NCBI RefSeq assembly: GCF_006345805.1
Contig: NW_021836594.1
Location: 1 to 23,505, forward strand
Direction: 5' to 3'
Source: Octopus sinensis
Lineage: Eukaryota
DNA: 23,505 nucleotides
The position numbers and the translations under genes were made by a program. Shown here one piece after another: positions 1 through 9,380 of this stretch. The first letter of the stretch is position 1; the number at the start of each line of letters is the position of its first letter. The notes beneath the pieces are model-generated. The model was not told the DNA's origin and did no database searches. It saw only the letters and a list, made by a program, of their open reading frames with translations.

Positions 1-118
1 TTCCATTAGAGGCAGATATAGGTTGTAAACAGTTTTCCAAAGTTCCTTAATGATAATAAAGCCTGTCTTTGTATGAAACAATTGTACTAAAAACCAATCC
101 ATCTTGTGCTTCTTTCTC

Positions 119-330
119 GTATATATATATTAATATATATATATATATATATAGTATATATATATATAATATATATAAATATATATATATAATTATATTA
201 TTTGTATATATATATATATATTTGTTTATATATATATATATATTTTTATATATAATATATATATATATGGATATATATATTTGTATATATATATATATAT
301 ATATATGAATATATATATATATATATATAT
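119..330. repeat. Degenerate (AT)n microsatellite
   Basis: Long AT dinucleotide run with scattered interruptions; source of the spurious YI-repeat ORFs. Confidence 0.97.
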
Positions 331-331
331 A

Positions 332-496
332 GGCGCAGAAGTGGCTGTGTGGTAAGTAGCTTGCTAACCAACCACATGGTTCCGGGTTCGGTCCCACTGC
401 GTGGCATCTTGGGCAGGTGTCTTCTGCTATAGCCCCGGGCCGACCAATGCTTTGTGAGTGGATTTGCTAGACGGAAACTGAAAGAAACCTGTCGTA

Positions 497-539
<43 letters not shown>

Positions 540-747
540 ATGTGTTTGTGTGTTTGTCTCCCTAGCATTGCTTGACAACCGATGCTGGTGTGTTTATGTC
601 CCCGTCACTTAGCGGTTCGGCAAAAGAGACCGATAGAATAAGTACTGGGCTTACAAAGAATAAGTCCCGGGGTTGATTTACTCGACTAAAGGCGATGCTC
701 CAGCATGGCCGCAGTCAAATGACTGAACAAGTAAAAGAGTAAAAGAG
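332..747 (+). mobile_element. SINE-A, full length (tRNA-derived, CORE-like segment, internal microsatellite)
   Basis: Pol III A-box-like TGGCTGTGTGG, B-box GGTTCGGTCCC (385-395), GGCATCTTGGGCAGGT resembling the start of the CORE domain, internal (TA)/(TG) tract 495-555, 3' tail GTAAAAGAG repeats; homologous copies at 6373, 20439 and 23034. Confidence 0.92.
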
Positions 748-748
748 T

Positions 749-865
749 GTATATATATATATATATATATTATATTATATATATATATATATATAATATA
801 TATATATATATATGTGTGTGTGTATATATATTATATAATATATATATAATATATATATACATATA
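749..865. repeat. (AT)n microsatellite
   Basis: Degenerate AT run following the SINE tail. Confidence 0.95.
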
Positions 866-1173
866 CTAAGCAAAAATCAGCGACTGTGTGTTCGCTTGAA
901 ATATATATATTGCGTGCAGAAGCGAGGTGCTATCATCTCTAGCAGGCGAGGTGTCCAGTTCTGAGGAGTGGCATAAATAGCCCGAAACCAAGACGGGTCA
1001 CTTGGTGCCGTCGCTAGGAGATGGTAGCAGTTCGCTCCCCTGCTTGCAACCTTATCGGATGCAGCTGTGCACCGTCCTTCCAATTGTTGTTTCTCTTGTC
1101 CACCTTCTTATCGTCTGTCTATCCGAATGTTTTATTGTCCTCTATTGCGTTTTTGTTCCATTTTAATATATAT

Positions 1174-1540
1174 GCTAGAACGGGACGACACTGCATAGTG
1201 CCAAAGATCCCAGCAATGCCATCACGCTTCAGGACCAGCTTCTGCAACAGCCTGGGTTTCAAGGGCCCACAGCTTTTTAATATTCTCCCAAAGAGTCTGA
1301 GGAACTTGCACAAAGTAGATGTAGCGGTTTTTTAATCAAAGCTGGACATCTTCCTGTCGAGAGTCCCAGATGAACCTACCTCACGGCAAGAGGTGCAAAT
1401 GAGAGTAGCTATATCAAACTCCATTCTTCACCAAGTGCCACATATTAGACGAGGTTCGTCGCAATAACAGTGTAGCACAAAACGGCGGTGCATCAGCATG
1501 GCCGCAGCTCTGAGCTGAAACTAGTAAAAAAAAAAAGAAA
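1174..1540 (+). mobile_element. 3' end of a CR1/L2-group LINE (5'-truncated, inactive)
   Basis: Reads ARTGRHCIVPKIP...SLGFKGPQLFNILPKSLRNL...VF*SKLDIFLSRVPDEP...SNSILHQ, a typical CR1-group ORF2 C-terminus; premature TAA at 1333-1335, natural stop at 1465-1467, short 3' UTR and A-rich tail 1526-1540. Confidence 0.85.
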
Positions 1541-1578
1541 TATATATATATACACACACACACACAAACACACACACA

Positions 1579-2529
1579 GAGCATTTGAAAGGCTTCCTTT
1601 GTCATATTGGCGATATAAGGGCGGGCGTTGTCGTGCAGCAGAAAAACACCATGCTGCCGATCAGGTCTTTTCTCTTAAATAGCCGCGTTGAGTCGTGCCA
1701 GCTGTTGAACATGGAGTTCCGCGTTGACCGTTTGGTTCCGTTCAAGCAATTCGTAATGGATAATCCCTTCCCAGTCCCACCATACGCACAGCATCGTTTT
1801 ACGCGGATAAAGATCTTGTTTCACTCGCGGTGTCGCTTGTTTACCGTGGCTAAGCCATTCCTTACGCTGCTTCATATTGATGTACAGACACCATTTTTCG
1901 TTGCCAGTATCGATACGATAAAGAAATCCTTGCTTGTGTCCATGAGTTGAGCAGTGACGAACAAGCAAACCAGCAGAGATTGTGGCTCTTTGATTTGTGT
2001 TGTTGTCACCTAAAGTATGCGGAACCCATGCTCCATATTTCTGAACATTTCTCATCGAGTGAAGATGCTTCTCTATAGCAGTGTGGGAGCATTCCATTTT
2101 CTCTGCCAGTTCCCTTGTTGTTTGACGAGAATTTTCGTGCAAAAGTTGGTTTAATCGCTCTTCATCGAACTCAACTGGGCGGCCAGAACGGGGTGCGTTT
2201 TTGAGGTCAAAGTTTCCATTTTTGAACTTGGCATGCCTATCACGAGCGGTTCTTCCAGCTATAGGACCCTCCTTTTGCGACCTTAGAACCTTGATTAAAA
2301 GCAAAAAGAAAGAGGTGTCGAAAATGCTCGTTTTTCTTAACTTGACATTCCATTTTAATGATCTGAAAATAAACAAGAATTAACTAAAATTAACTAGTAA
2401 AAAACAAAAACAAAATAGATTCCAAAATGATTCAAAAATAGAATTCTCGAAAAAAATTGATTCCAAAAGTTAAAAACGCAATAGATTCAAAACTTTTAAA
2501 AAGCGGTGGGGACTTAGTTGCAAACCCAA
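1579..2529 (-). mobile_element. Mariner (DD34D-type) transposon, 3'-truncated, with pseudogenised transposase
   Basis: WVPHTL, TGNEKW (for TGDEKW), MLCVWWD and LHDNARP motifs on the minus strand; internal stop at 1675; terminal TTGGGTTTGCAACTAAGTCCCCACCGCTTT ending at TA 2530-2531; other end missing. Confidence 0.95.
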
Positions 2530-2531
2530 TA

Positions 2532-2627
2532 CTAGGCTTACAAAGAATAAGACCTGGGGTGGATTTGTTCAACTAAAGGCGGTGCTCCAACATGGCCGCA
2601 GTCAAATGACTGATAGAAGTAAAAGAG
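2532..2627 (+). mobile_element. SINE-A 3' fragment
   Basis: CTAGGCTTACAAAGAATAAG...GGCGGTGCTCCAACATGGCCGCAGTCAAATGACTGA...GTAAAAGAG matches the tail of 332-747. Confidence 0.9.
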
Positions 2628-2697
2628 CAAAAGACTATACAACAGCGCGGGCCAAAAGTCACGCCCCAAAACATTTCATATTTTATTTATATCATAT

Positions 2698-2714
2698 GCT
2701 TCTTCTTCTTCTTC

Positions 2715-2769
<55 letters not shown>

Positions 2770-2946
2770 CATCATCATCACCATCATAATTATTATTATT
2801 ATTATCATCATCATCACCATCATAATTATTATTATCATCATCATCGCCATCATAATTATTATTATCATCATCATCGCCATCATAATTATTATTATCATCA
2901 TCATCGCCATCATAATTATTATCATCATCATCATCATCATCATTAT
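2698..2946. repeat. Compound (CTT)n(ATT)n(ATC)n microsatellite with a 30-bp higher-order unit
   Basis: CATAATTATTATTATCATCATCATCGCCAT is repeated exactly at 2821, 2851 and 2881, with variant copies on both sides. Confidence 0.95.
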
Positions 2947-2947
2947 T

Positions 2948-3157
2948 GGAGTTGGTGGAATCGTTAGCACGCCAGACAGAATGCTTAGCGGCATTTCGTC
3001 CGTCTTTACGTTCTGAGTTCAAATTGCGCCGGTGTTGATTTTACCTTTCATCCTCTCGGGGGTCGATGAAATAAGAACCAGTGAATAACACTGGGTCAAT
3101 GTAATCGACTAGCCCCCTCCCGCCAAATTTCAGGCCTTGTGCCTGTAAAAGAAAGAA
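2948..3157 (+). mobile_element. SINE-B, tail type B1, followed by (ATT)n 3157-3221
   Basis: Head TGGTGGAATCGTTAGCACGCC, B-box GAGTTCAAATT, tail CCCCTCCCGCCAAATTTCAGGCCTTGTGCC. Confidence 0.88.
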
Positions 3158-3184
3158 TTATTATTATTGTTATTATTATTATTA

Positions 3185-3221
<37 letters not shown>

Positions 3222-3223
<2 letters not shown>

Positions 3224-3454
3224 GGCGGCGAGCTGGCAGAAACCTTAGCACACCGGGCGAAATGCCTAGCAGTATTTCGTCTGCCGCTAGGTACTGAGTT
3301 CAAATTCCGCCGAGGTCGACTTTGCCTTTCATCCTTTCGGGGTCGATTAAATAAGTACCAGTTACGCACTGGGGTCGATGTAATCGACTTAATACCTATG
3401 TCTGTCCTTGTTTGTCCCCTCTATGTTTAGCCCCTTGTGGGTAATAAAGAAATA
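3222..3454 (+). mobile_element. SINE-B, tail type B2, full length
   Basis: AAGGCGGCGAGCTGGCAGAAAC head, B-box GAGTTCAAATTCC, tail GCCCCTTGTGGGTAATAAAGAAATA; related copies at 3899, 8987 and 16279. Confidence 0.92.
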
Positions 3455-3620
3455 GGTATTTCGTCTGCCGCTACATACTAAGTTCAAATTCCGCCGAAGT
3501 CGACTTTGCCTTTCAATCTTTTGGAGCCGATAAATTAAGTACCAGTGAAATACTGGGGTTGATATAATCGACTCATCCCCCCACCCAAAAATGGCAGCAA
3601 TTGTGGCAAAATTTGAAACC
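3455..3620 (+). mobile_element. Headless SINE-B, tail type B3, fused to the preceding B2; followed by (ATT)n 3621-3676
   Basis: Starts at the internal GGTATTTCGTC and ends with a distinct tail ...GTGGCAAAATTTGAAACC. Confidence 0.85.
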
Positions 3621-3636
3621 ATTATTATTATTATTA

Positions 3637-3676
<40 letters not shown>

Positions 3677-3858
3677 GCCTTTGCACAGCTTCTAACTCTG
3701 GAGATGTACTATGGTGTCAGCTGTTCACTACCAGTGAACTAAGGTAACACCTCTTATTTTTCGAGCACCTTCCGGAGTATTCGAGCGGTTCCAAGCAGTG
3801 CTATTTTCTGCAAGTGCCCCACCCTTATTGCAGCGCCTGTTTGTTCTTCAGCGTTCAG
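3677..3858 (-). mobile_element. 3' end of an R4/Dong-clade non-LTR retrotransposon
   Basis: Minus strand reads EEQTGAAIRVGHLQKIALLGTARILRKVLEK* (stop 3754-3756), the conserved R4/Dong C-terminal motif, then a short 3' UTR ending in (AAT)n. Confidence 0.8.
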
Positions 3859-3859
3859 A

Positions 3860-4203
3860 CAGAATCGTTGGCACGTCGGAATGCTAAGCGGTATTTCGCA
3901 GCGAGATGGCAGAAACGTTAGCACGCCGGGCGAAATGCTTAGCCGTATTTCGACTGCTGTTACGTTCTGAGTTCAAATTCCGCCGAGGCCGACTTTGCCT
4001 TTCATCCTTTCGGGGTCGATAAATTAAGTACCAGTTACGCACTGGGGATCGATATAATCGACTTAATCCGTTTGTCTGTCCTTGTTTGTTCTCTCTGTGT
4101 TTAGCCCCTTGTGGGTAGTAAAGAAATAGGTGTTTCGCCCATCGTTACGTTTTGAGTTTATATTTCGCCGAGGAAGACATCTTTTCGGAGTCGATGAAAT
4201 AAT
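3860..4203 (+). mobile_element. Older SINE-B (3860-3898 plus 4129-4203) interrupted by a SINE-B2 (3899-4128)
   Basis: Head remnant CAGAATCGTTGGCACG...GGTATTTCG, then a near-full B2, then GGTGTTTCG and a degenerate SINE-B body. Confidence 0.8.
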
Positions 4204-4205
4204 AA

Positions 4206-4399
4206 ACTGCGGCCATGCTGGGGCACTGCCTTGAGGAATGTTTAATCAAATCAATAGACTCCGTTACTTTTTTTTTAAAACTTTTTTTAAGCGTGGTACT
4301 TATTCTATCAATCTTTTTTTGCCGAACCGCTAAGTTACGGGGACGTAAACACACCAATACCGGTTGTCAAGTGCTGATGGAGGACAAACACAGGCACAC
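4206..4399 (-). mobile_element. SINE-A-related 3' half (diverged subfamily), followed by (TG)n 4400-4521
   Basis: Reverse complement gives TTGACAACCGG...CTTAGCGGTTCGGCAAAA...GCAGTGCCCCAGCATGGCCGCAGT. Confidence 0.85.
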
Positions 4400-4467
4400 G
4401 TGTATGTGTGTGTAAGTTCGTATGACTGTGTGTGTGCGCGCGCTCTGGTGTGTGCGTGTTAGCGCGC

Positions 4468-4509
<42 letters not shown>

Positions 4510-5071
4510 TGTGTGTGTGTGTAATAGTAATAGGGATTTGAAGACTCAAACAGATCTCACATGAAGCTCTCCACCAACGACTCCCGCTTCTGCTTCGAGA
4601 CTTCCTTTTAAACCTTAATCTCTTCTTCCCTTTATTTCATTATTCATTTAAATTAAGGGTCAAATTACTCCGGGACATAATTTTATCTCTGTACTTAATA
4701 TCTTCCCTCGAACACAATTTCTTTGATAAACCTTTTTTTTTTAAATTATTTTAAGATGTACTTGCATAGCAAGTGACCTGATCTGGGATCGTGTACTGAA
4801 ACAAAAACAATTGCATCGTGGAAGGTATTTAAAAGCCATTTTTAAATCGCTTATAAACACCTCCCACGCTGCAACCTTTTTACTGTTTACTTTATATTTT
4901 CCTGATTACTTCAAATTTTTTTCCCATTTTTTTGCTTGTTTATTTATTTATCTATTTTGATGTTTTTCTTTTGACTTTACTGCATTTTCCTCCTGATTCT
5001 TTCTCTGAATTTGTATTGGTCTCTGGCCATTGCTCCCTCAATGTAAATCATACATGGCAACAGGCTGACTA

Positions 5072-5243
5072 CCGTATTTTAACGTGTATAAGGAACCCCG
5101 TAATTTTGGGAGCTAAAAGTTTGGAAAAAAAGTTATGTAAGGGATTATAATGCTATCCATGTATAAGCAACTCCCATATCTTTTTAACCTAATTTTTGAT
5201 TTAAAAAAAAAGGTGGGGGTACCTTATACACGTTACAATACGG
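5072..5243. mobile_element. MITE of the Tc1/mariner superfamily (pogo/Tigger-like ends)
   Basis: 22-bp TIRs CCGTATTTTAACGTGTATAAGG (5072-5093) and CCTTATACACGTTACAATACGG (5222-5243) with one mismatch; TA on the left, TT on the right; no ORF. Confidence 0.85.
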
Positions 5244-5286
5244 TTTAGCTATTGCCTGCGCACAATAATTTGATCATTTTCATGGT

Positions 5287-5330
5287 CGCAGGCGTGCTGT
5301 GTGGTAAGGAGTTTGTTTCACAACAACATG
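5287..5330 (+). mobile_element. SINE-A head fragment
   Basis: GTCGCAGGCGTGCTGTGTGGTAAGGAGTTTG...CAACATG matches the SINE-A 5' end, then stops. Confidence 0.6.
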
Positions 5331-5349
5331 TAACAAGTGTATGACTACA

Positions 5350-5480
5350 AATATAACTGGAAATGTTTAATCCGTCATCTCGGTAAACGCCTAAAATTAC
5401 CGGAATATATTTCTAACTACATCTCACATGTTCCAATCCAGATCGAGAGAAAACCTCCACACCATCGAGTAAATCCACGC
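5350..5480 (-). pseudogene. Degenerate Penelope-like reverse transcriptase fragment
   Basis: Minus strand gives LGVYRDDGL (YRDD at 5374-5385) preceded, across stops or frameshifts, by DGVEV, resembling the PLE pattern DGAEV...GLYRDDGL. Confidence 0.55.
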
Positions 5481-5481
5481 C

Positions 5482-5511
5482 CACACACATACACAGTCAT
5501 ACGCAGACGCA

Positions 5512-5571
<60 letters not shown>
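5482..5571. repeat. (CA)n microsatellite
   Basis: Long, nearly pure CA run. Confidence 0.97.
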
Positions 5572-5575
<4 letters not shown>

Positions 5576-7256
5576 GTGCGGTGAATATATTGTCGTCTAA
5601 ATTACGCAAAAATGAAAATAACACTGATTTCTCATTTTATCAGATATATTTACCAAAATTACACAAAAATAATTGAAATACTTAAGAGTAAATTTATTCT
5701 ATAAAATCGCCATTGGTTCCAACCGCGGCTCCCAGACGACTTAGTAGTTTCCTGCAACTCTTCTGGACGGTCTCCTTGTTTAAGTTGGCGAATGCTGCCA
5801 TAATCCTTGCCTTCGGTTCATCTTTGGTGTTACAAGGAGTTTTGTTGGTCTCTCGTTCAACTGTGCCCCACAAATAATAATAAAGGGGTTGCAGTCTGGG
5901 GAGTTAAGACGCCAGATAGATGTTAGTGGTGATGTGGTTGCAGAAATTGTCTGAGACCCATGGTTGGGCTCTCCTGTTTGTGTGGCATGGTGTAGGTTCT
6001 TGTCGCCAGACATAGGGTGTTCCAGCAGCCACCCTCTTCACCCAGGGCAACACTATCTTCCCCAGGCACTTGATGTAGGTCTCTTGTTGAGTCTGAGGCC
6101 GTGAGGGAAGATGAATGGAGGCATAACGTTGCCATCACGAGTAATCACTCCAAACCCCATGATGTTCACAGGATGTTTGTGGGGATACGGCAAGCCAACG
6201 GTTGTTCTGTGTGTTCATCATCTGATCCTGGCAGAAGTTTTTCTCGTCTGAGAAAAACCAAATTGTGTTCGGCTGGAAGGGATGCTTGAGTTTGTTCAAA
6301 AGCTTCATAGCATGGTCTTTCCTCTTGTCCTTGATGGCTTGGGATGAAAATTGTCCCCGTCTCATCTTGTATACTCTTTACTCTTTTTTACTCTTTTACT
6401 TGTTTCAGTCATTTGACTGCGGCCATGCTGGAGCACCGCCTTTAGTCGAGCAACTCGACCCCGCGACTTATTCTTTGTAAGCCCAGTACTTATTCTATCG
6501 GTATCTTTTCCCGAACCGCTAAGTGACGGGGACGTAAACATACCAGCATCGGTTGTCAAGCAATACTAGGGGGACAAACACAGACACACAAACACACACG
6601 CATACATATATATATATACATATATATACGACGGGCTTCTTTCAGTTTCCGTCTACCAAATCCACTCACAAGGCATTGGTCGGCCCGGGGCCATAGCAGA
6701 AGACACTTGCCCAAGGTGCCACGCAGTGGGAATGAACCCGGAAGCATGTGGTTGGTAAGCAAGCTACTTACCACACATCCACTCCTGCGCCTGAGGAATA
6801 CCAAATGTCTTCTTGCACTTCCTGCCTGATAAGAAACTCAGGTACACTCATGTCCCTGGTGAGGGACCTGATTGACTTGAAGGGATCGTTGTTAATCACC
6901 GTCTGGATTTCAACAACAAATTCAGGAGTTCTTTTCTTATCAGAACGATCAGAGTGAGTTTTCCGAGCTACCGTACCTTCGTAATCACCATTCGACTCAT
7001 CCAATTCTCTCCGAATCCTCAGACTGACATCCAAACACTCTGAAATGTTCGTATTGGAGCTTCCGGCGCGAATGTCAAGCAGCACAGCATGTCGTTTCCA
7101 AATTTCTAGCAGAGCGAATTATGTCATGCTGCTGTTTTTCTCACAGACGGTGCCCAACTGACCCTACTGTACTGTGTAGTCGAAAAATCCAAAACAAAAA
7201 TGCGCATGTGCGAAATAAAAAGTATAAAATGACGACAATTTACCCATCGCACCCTG
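5572..7256 (-). mobile_element. maT/DD37D-type Tc1/mariner transposon with both ends, inactive, interrupted by SINE-A
   Basis: 26-bp TIRs 5572-5597 and 7231-7256 (22/26 match); broken transposase 7127 to 5694 with WFFSDEK, VWRQEPTPCH (for QQDSAPCH) and a NSPDCNP motif; about 1.27 kb once the SINE is removed. Confidence 0.92.
6373..6792 (-). mobile_element. SINE-A, full length, inserted in the maT transposase
   Basis: Head AGGCGCAGGAGTGGATGTGTGG to tail GTAAAAGAG; transposase sequence EDIWYSS / YKMRRGQF resumes on the two sides. Confidence 0.93.
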
Positions 7257-7696
7257 TGTGTGTGTGTGTATATATATGTCCTTTCGCGTCCAGCAGTCGT
7301 TGTGGCAAGACACACTTGTTTGTCTCTCTGTAGCCTTAAGGCTCTCTTCTAACGCCAGCTCAAAACTTTACTCGTCCTGTCGAAAAGACGCTTGTCTGTG
7401 ACGTCCTGGTTTTGTTGTTTTTTTACGTAATTTTGTATTCTTATTCGTATAACATCGTCCGTTTTCCGTCCTTGTTTTGTATACATTCGAGGCTTTCTTC
7501 CAAGGAATCTAATGCGCTTGGCTTAGATTTTCCTTTGGGGCTGCCCAAGTCGGAGCAATCTCAAGATTAATCAGCCGAAATTGCGAAGATGATCTGGTTC
7601 TTGACTGAAAATTGAAGGCTTCGAATGTCCCGTCCGTGTTTTTTGTGACGTCTTCTAAATGTTTCACGTTCTTGTCCCAGTTTGTATTTTTTTTAC

Positions 7697-7799
<103 letters not shown>

Positions 7800-7811
7800 G
7801 ATTCTGAAACT

Positions 7812-7940
7812 GTTTCCTTCTACTGAATTTCGCTAACAAAATTTTGTTCAAAATGGAAATTCAAAGAGACGTCGTGTTTTAAAGGGGCCACATGGTTGGG
7901 AGGTGAACGTTTTAACCATGCAATCATCTCCCCGTTTATA
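7812..7940 (+). repeat. Unclassified dispersed repeat, copy 1 (copy 2 at 8840-8966)
   Basis: Shares GTTTCCTTCTAC...GCCACATGGTTGGGAGGTGAACGTTTTAACC...CAATCATCTCC with 8840-8966 (roughly 80 percent identity by eye). Confidence 0.75.
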
Positions 7941-8071
7941 CACACACACACGAATATATAACAATCAATCAATCGCCAAATGAGTACGGTTTTTTTTTTC
8001 TATTTCTAAACTTTCCTTTTCATGGTATCAATCAATCATTCACTATATCTCTCTTTCTCTCTCAATAAACA

Positions 8072-8625
8072 TTTACATACATACATACACACATGCATAC
8101 ATACACACATACACACACACACGTACATACATACATACATGCATGCATATATGCATACATACATGCATACATACATACATACATGCATGTATACATACAT
8201 ACATGCATGCATACATACATACATACATGCATACATGCATGTATACATACATACATGCATGCATGCATACATACATACATACATACATGCATGCATGCAT
8301 ACATGCATGCTTACATACATACATACACACACATACGTACGTACGTACATACATACATACATGCATGCATGCATGCATACATACACGCATGCATGCATAC
8401 ATACACACACACATACATACACATACGTACGTACATACATACATACATACATACATACATACATACATACATACATGCATACATAAGTGTGTGTGCGCAT
8501 TTTTGTACACGTGTATATACATATGTGATGTCTATGAATATAGACAGAGAGGGAAAGAGAGAGTGATAGATAGATATAGATATATACATACATACATATG
8601 TGTGTGTATGTGTGTGTTTGTGTGT
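8072..8625. repeat. (ATAC)n tetranucleotide satellite with ATGC, GTAC and AC variants
   Basis: About 550 bp of variant tetramers; source of the HTYI/MYVC ORFs. Confidence 0.95.
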
Positions 8626-8770
8626 GAGCCATAAAAAGGTAGGAGGTATGAGAGGTGAATAAATTTAATCACTTGACATCCTTTGGGTTACAGCCGTTTC
8701 GCAGCCTTCTTCATGTAGAAATAATTTCATTTTGGAAGAAATTACTCTTATATGTTTGCATCAGTATGTA

Positions 8771-8966
8771 CAGTCGTGGCCAAAAGTTTGGAACATGGGT
8801 CTGAAAATTAGAACTACATAAATACCTTTACATAAGGAGGTTTCCTTCTACGGAATTTCACTCACAAAATATTGGTGAAAATGGAATTCAAAGAGAAGTT
8901 GAGTATTAAAGGCGCCACATGGTTGGGAGGTGAACGTTTTAACCTTACAATCATCTCCGCGTTTAT
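8771..8966 (+). mobile_element. Tc1-like end (single TIR) plus unclassified repeat copy 2
   Basis: TA followed by CAGTCGTGGCCAAAAGTTTGGAACA, a Tc1-type terminus; no partner TIR found. Confidence 0.5.
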
Positions 8967-8986
8967 ATATATACATACACGCACGC

Positions 8987-9380
8987 AAGGCGGCGAGCTG
9001 GCAAGAATGTTAGCACGCCGGGCGAAATGCGTAGCCGTATTTCGTCTGCCGTTACGTTCTGAGTTCAAATTCCGACGTGGTCGACCTTGCCTTTCATCCT
9101 TTCGGGATCGATTAATTAAGTACCAGTTACGCACTGGGGTCGATGTAATCGACTTAATCCGTTTGTCTGTCCTTGTTTGTCCCCTCTGTGCTTGTGGGTA
9201 ATAAAGAAATAGGCATTTCGTCTGTCTTTACGTTTTGAGTTCAAATTCCGCCGAATTCAACTTAGTCTTTCGTCCTTTCGGGCCAGATGAATTAAATACC
9301 AGTTGTGTAGTGGGTTGATCTAATCGACTGGCCCCCTCCCCACCAAATTTCAACCCTTGTGCCTATAACAGAAAGTAATA
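8987..9380 (+). mobile_element. SINE-B dimer: B2 (8987-9211) fused to a headless B1 (9212-9380)
   Basis: Same AAAGAAATA|GGCATTTCG type junction as at 3454 and 4128; distal tail CCCCCTCCCCACCAAATTTT...GTGCC. Confidence 0.87.

Noticed and set aside
332-400. tRNA gene calls for SINE heads
   Set aside because: A/B boxes are present, but each continues into a SINE body and I could not form a full cloverleaf.
47-578. ORFs rich in YI, HT or CV repeats here and at 4367-4549, 7509-7836, 8022-8634, 18760-19062, 21322-21615 and 22961-23442
   Set aside because: They are translations of di- and tetranucleotide microsatellites that lack stop codons.
1675-2376. 233-aa ORF as an active or domesticated transposase
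   Set aside because: First catalytic D is N, the HTH has a deletion, and there is an internal stop and a 3' truncation.
2821-2910. 30-bp direct repeats as a possible CRISPR array
   Set aside because: Repeats are contiguous with no spacers, there are no cas genes, and the context is eukaryotic.
2582-3022. Poly-I, poly-D/N and poly-M ORFs
   Set aside because: Translations of the (ATT)/(ATC) tract in several frames; no splice or domain support.
8694-8763. Plus-strand exon candidate (CAG|CCG...CA|GTATGT)
   Set aside because: The acceptor region reads on the minus strand as a hammerhead remnant (TGAAGAAGGCTGCGAAACGGCTGTA), so it is better explained as PLE debris.
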